DNA from: Nitrospina sp.
Lineage (GTDB): Bacteria > Nitrospinota > Nitrospinia > Nitrospinales > VA-1
Assembly (NCBI GenBank): GCA_018653085.1
Contig: JABIAY010000049.1
Location: 118,335-182,334 of the forward strand
DNA: 64,000 nt
Direction: 5' to 3'
The notes below the pieces were generated by a model. The model did not search any database. It was not told where the DNA came from and was given only the letters and a program-made list of their open reading frames with translations. Position 1 is the first letter of the stretch, and every line of letters begins with the position of its first letter. Positions 63,802 through 64,000 of the stretch are shown here, piece after piece. A program made the position numbers and the translations under genes.

Positions 63802-64000
63802 GTGAATTTACGAGCCGATGAAATCAGTTCCATAATTCAAAAGCAGATTGAAGGCTTTGAAGGAGGGATCGAGCTCAAAGAAACCGGACGGGTAATTTCC
63901 GTGGGAGATGGAATCGCGCGGATTTATGGTCTCGGCGAAGCGATGTCGGGCGAACTCCTTGAATTCCCCGGTGGACTCGCTGGCATGGTTTTGAACCTCG
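63802..64000 (+). CDS. atpA: F0F1 ATP synthase subunit alpha (5' partial, runs off window)
   Basis: GTG at 63802. It translates to [18 protein letters not shown]...[16 protein letters not shown], the canonical AtpA N-terminus. It is not in the ORF track because it is truncated by the window edge. Confidence 0.9.
   Translation, partial: MNLRADEISSIIQKQIEGFEGGIELKETGRVISVGDGIARIYGLGEAMSGELLEFPGGLAGMVLNL

Noticed and set aside
1-64000. tRNA, rRNA, tmRNA, riboswitch or group II intron/retron-like RNA genes.
   Set aside because: Scanning the larger intergenic regions by eye (1301-1425, 3808-4075, 18503-18737, 22199-22570, 24847-25103, 41172-41329, 48542-48723, 50891-51340, 60429-60812, 61140-61384) showed no cloverleaf-type T-arm/acceptor signatures or conserved riboswitch cores that I recognise. 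Covariance-model searches (tRNAscan-SE, Infernal/Rfam) would be needed for certainty.

Overview
Dense chromosomal window with about 62 protein-coding genes. I found no rRNA, tRNA, CRISPR array, transposase or integrase. Gene content suggests a flagellated Gram-negative bacterium with reductive-TCA-type carbon metabolism (four-subunit 2-oxoacid:ferredoxin oxidoreductase, sucCD, extra ferredoxins). The taxon cannot be fixed without a database search. All family calls below come from motifs I recognise by eye and are not HMM-verified. Left to right: a hypothetical gene and a DUF1566 gene; an NtrY-like kinase, a GAF protein and DUF4390; a long minus-strand housekeeping string (epimerase, mutS, HIT, ybeY, PhoH-like, folE, queD, zinc ribbon, SPASM-type radical SAM, ndk); the OFOR operon; three small hypotheticals; sucDC; a hemerythrin remnant; fliS-fliD with a near-consensus sigma-28 promoter; a DEDD-type exonuclease; an operon of MoxR, a TPR/peptidase-MA protein and a 1098-aa coiled-coil membrane protein; a PstS-like binding protein with an orphan kinase; a Cys-rich peptide with a czcCBA-type RND metal efflux system; an SPFH-PRTase-SLOG operon; ppiC and msrA; two paralogous kinase/REC-GGDEF modules flanking oxyR-ccp; DUF423; a TatD-radical SAM fusion, metG, PSP1/ricT and holB; a ferredoxin; and the start of the F-type ATP synthase operon. 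Items for a second look: (1) A translationally coupled SPFH - ComF-like phosphoribosyltransferase - SLOG/DprA-like operon at 41330-43211. Its last two genes look AT-richer than the flanks in a few hand counts and resemble a DprA-like+PRTase anti-phage pair. (2) A family of GC-rich hairpin-bearing intergenic repeats present at five loci, each abutting a TAG stop codon, including a 3.2 x 97-bp tandem array between holB and ricT. (3) A SPASM-type radical SAM gene embedded in a folE-queD string. (4) A MoxR operon with no VWA partner visible by eye. (5) A TatD-radical SAM fusion. (6) A receiver protein with a Cys/His-rich tail.
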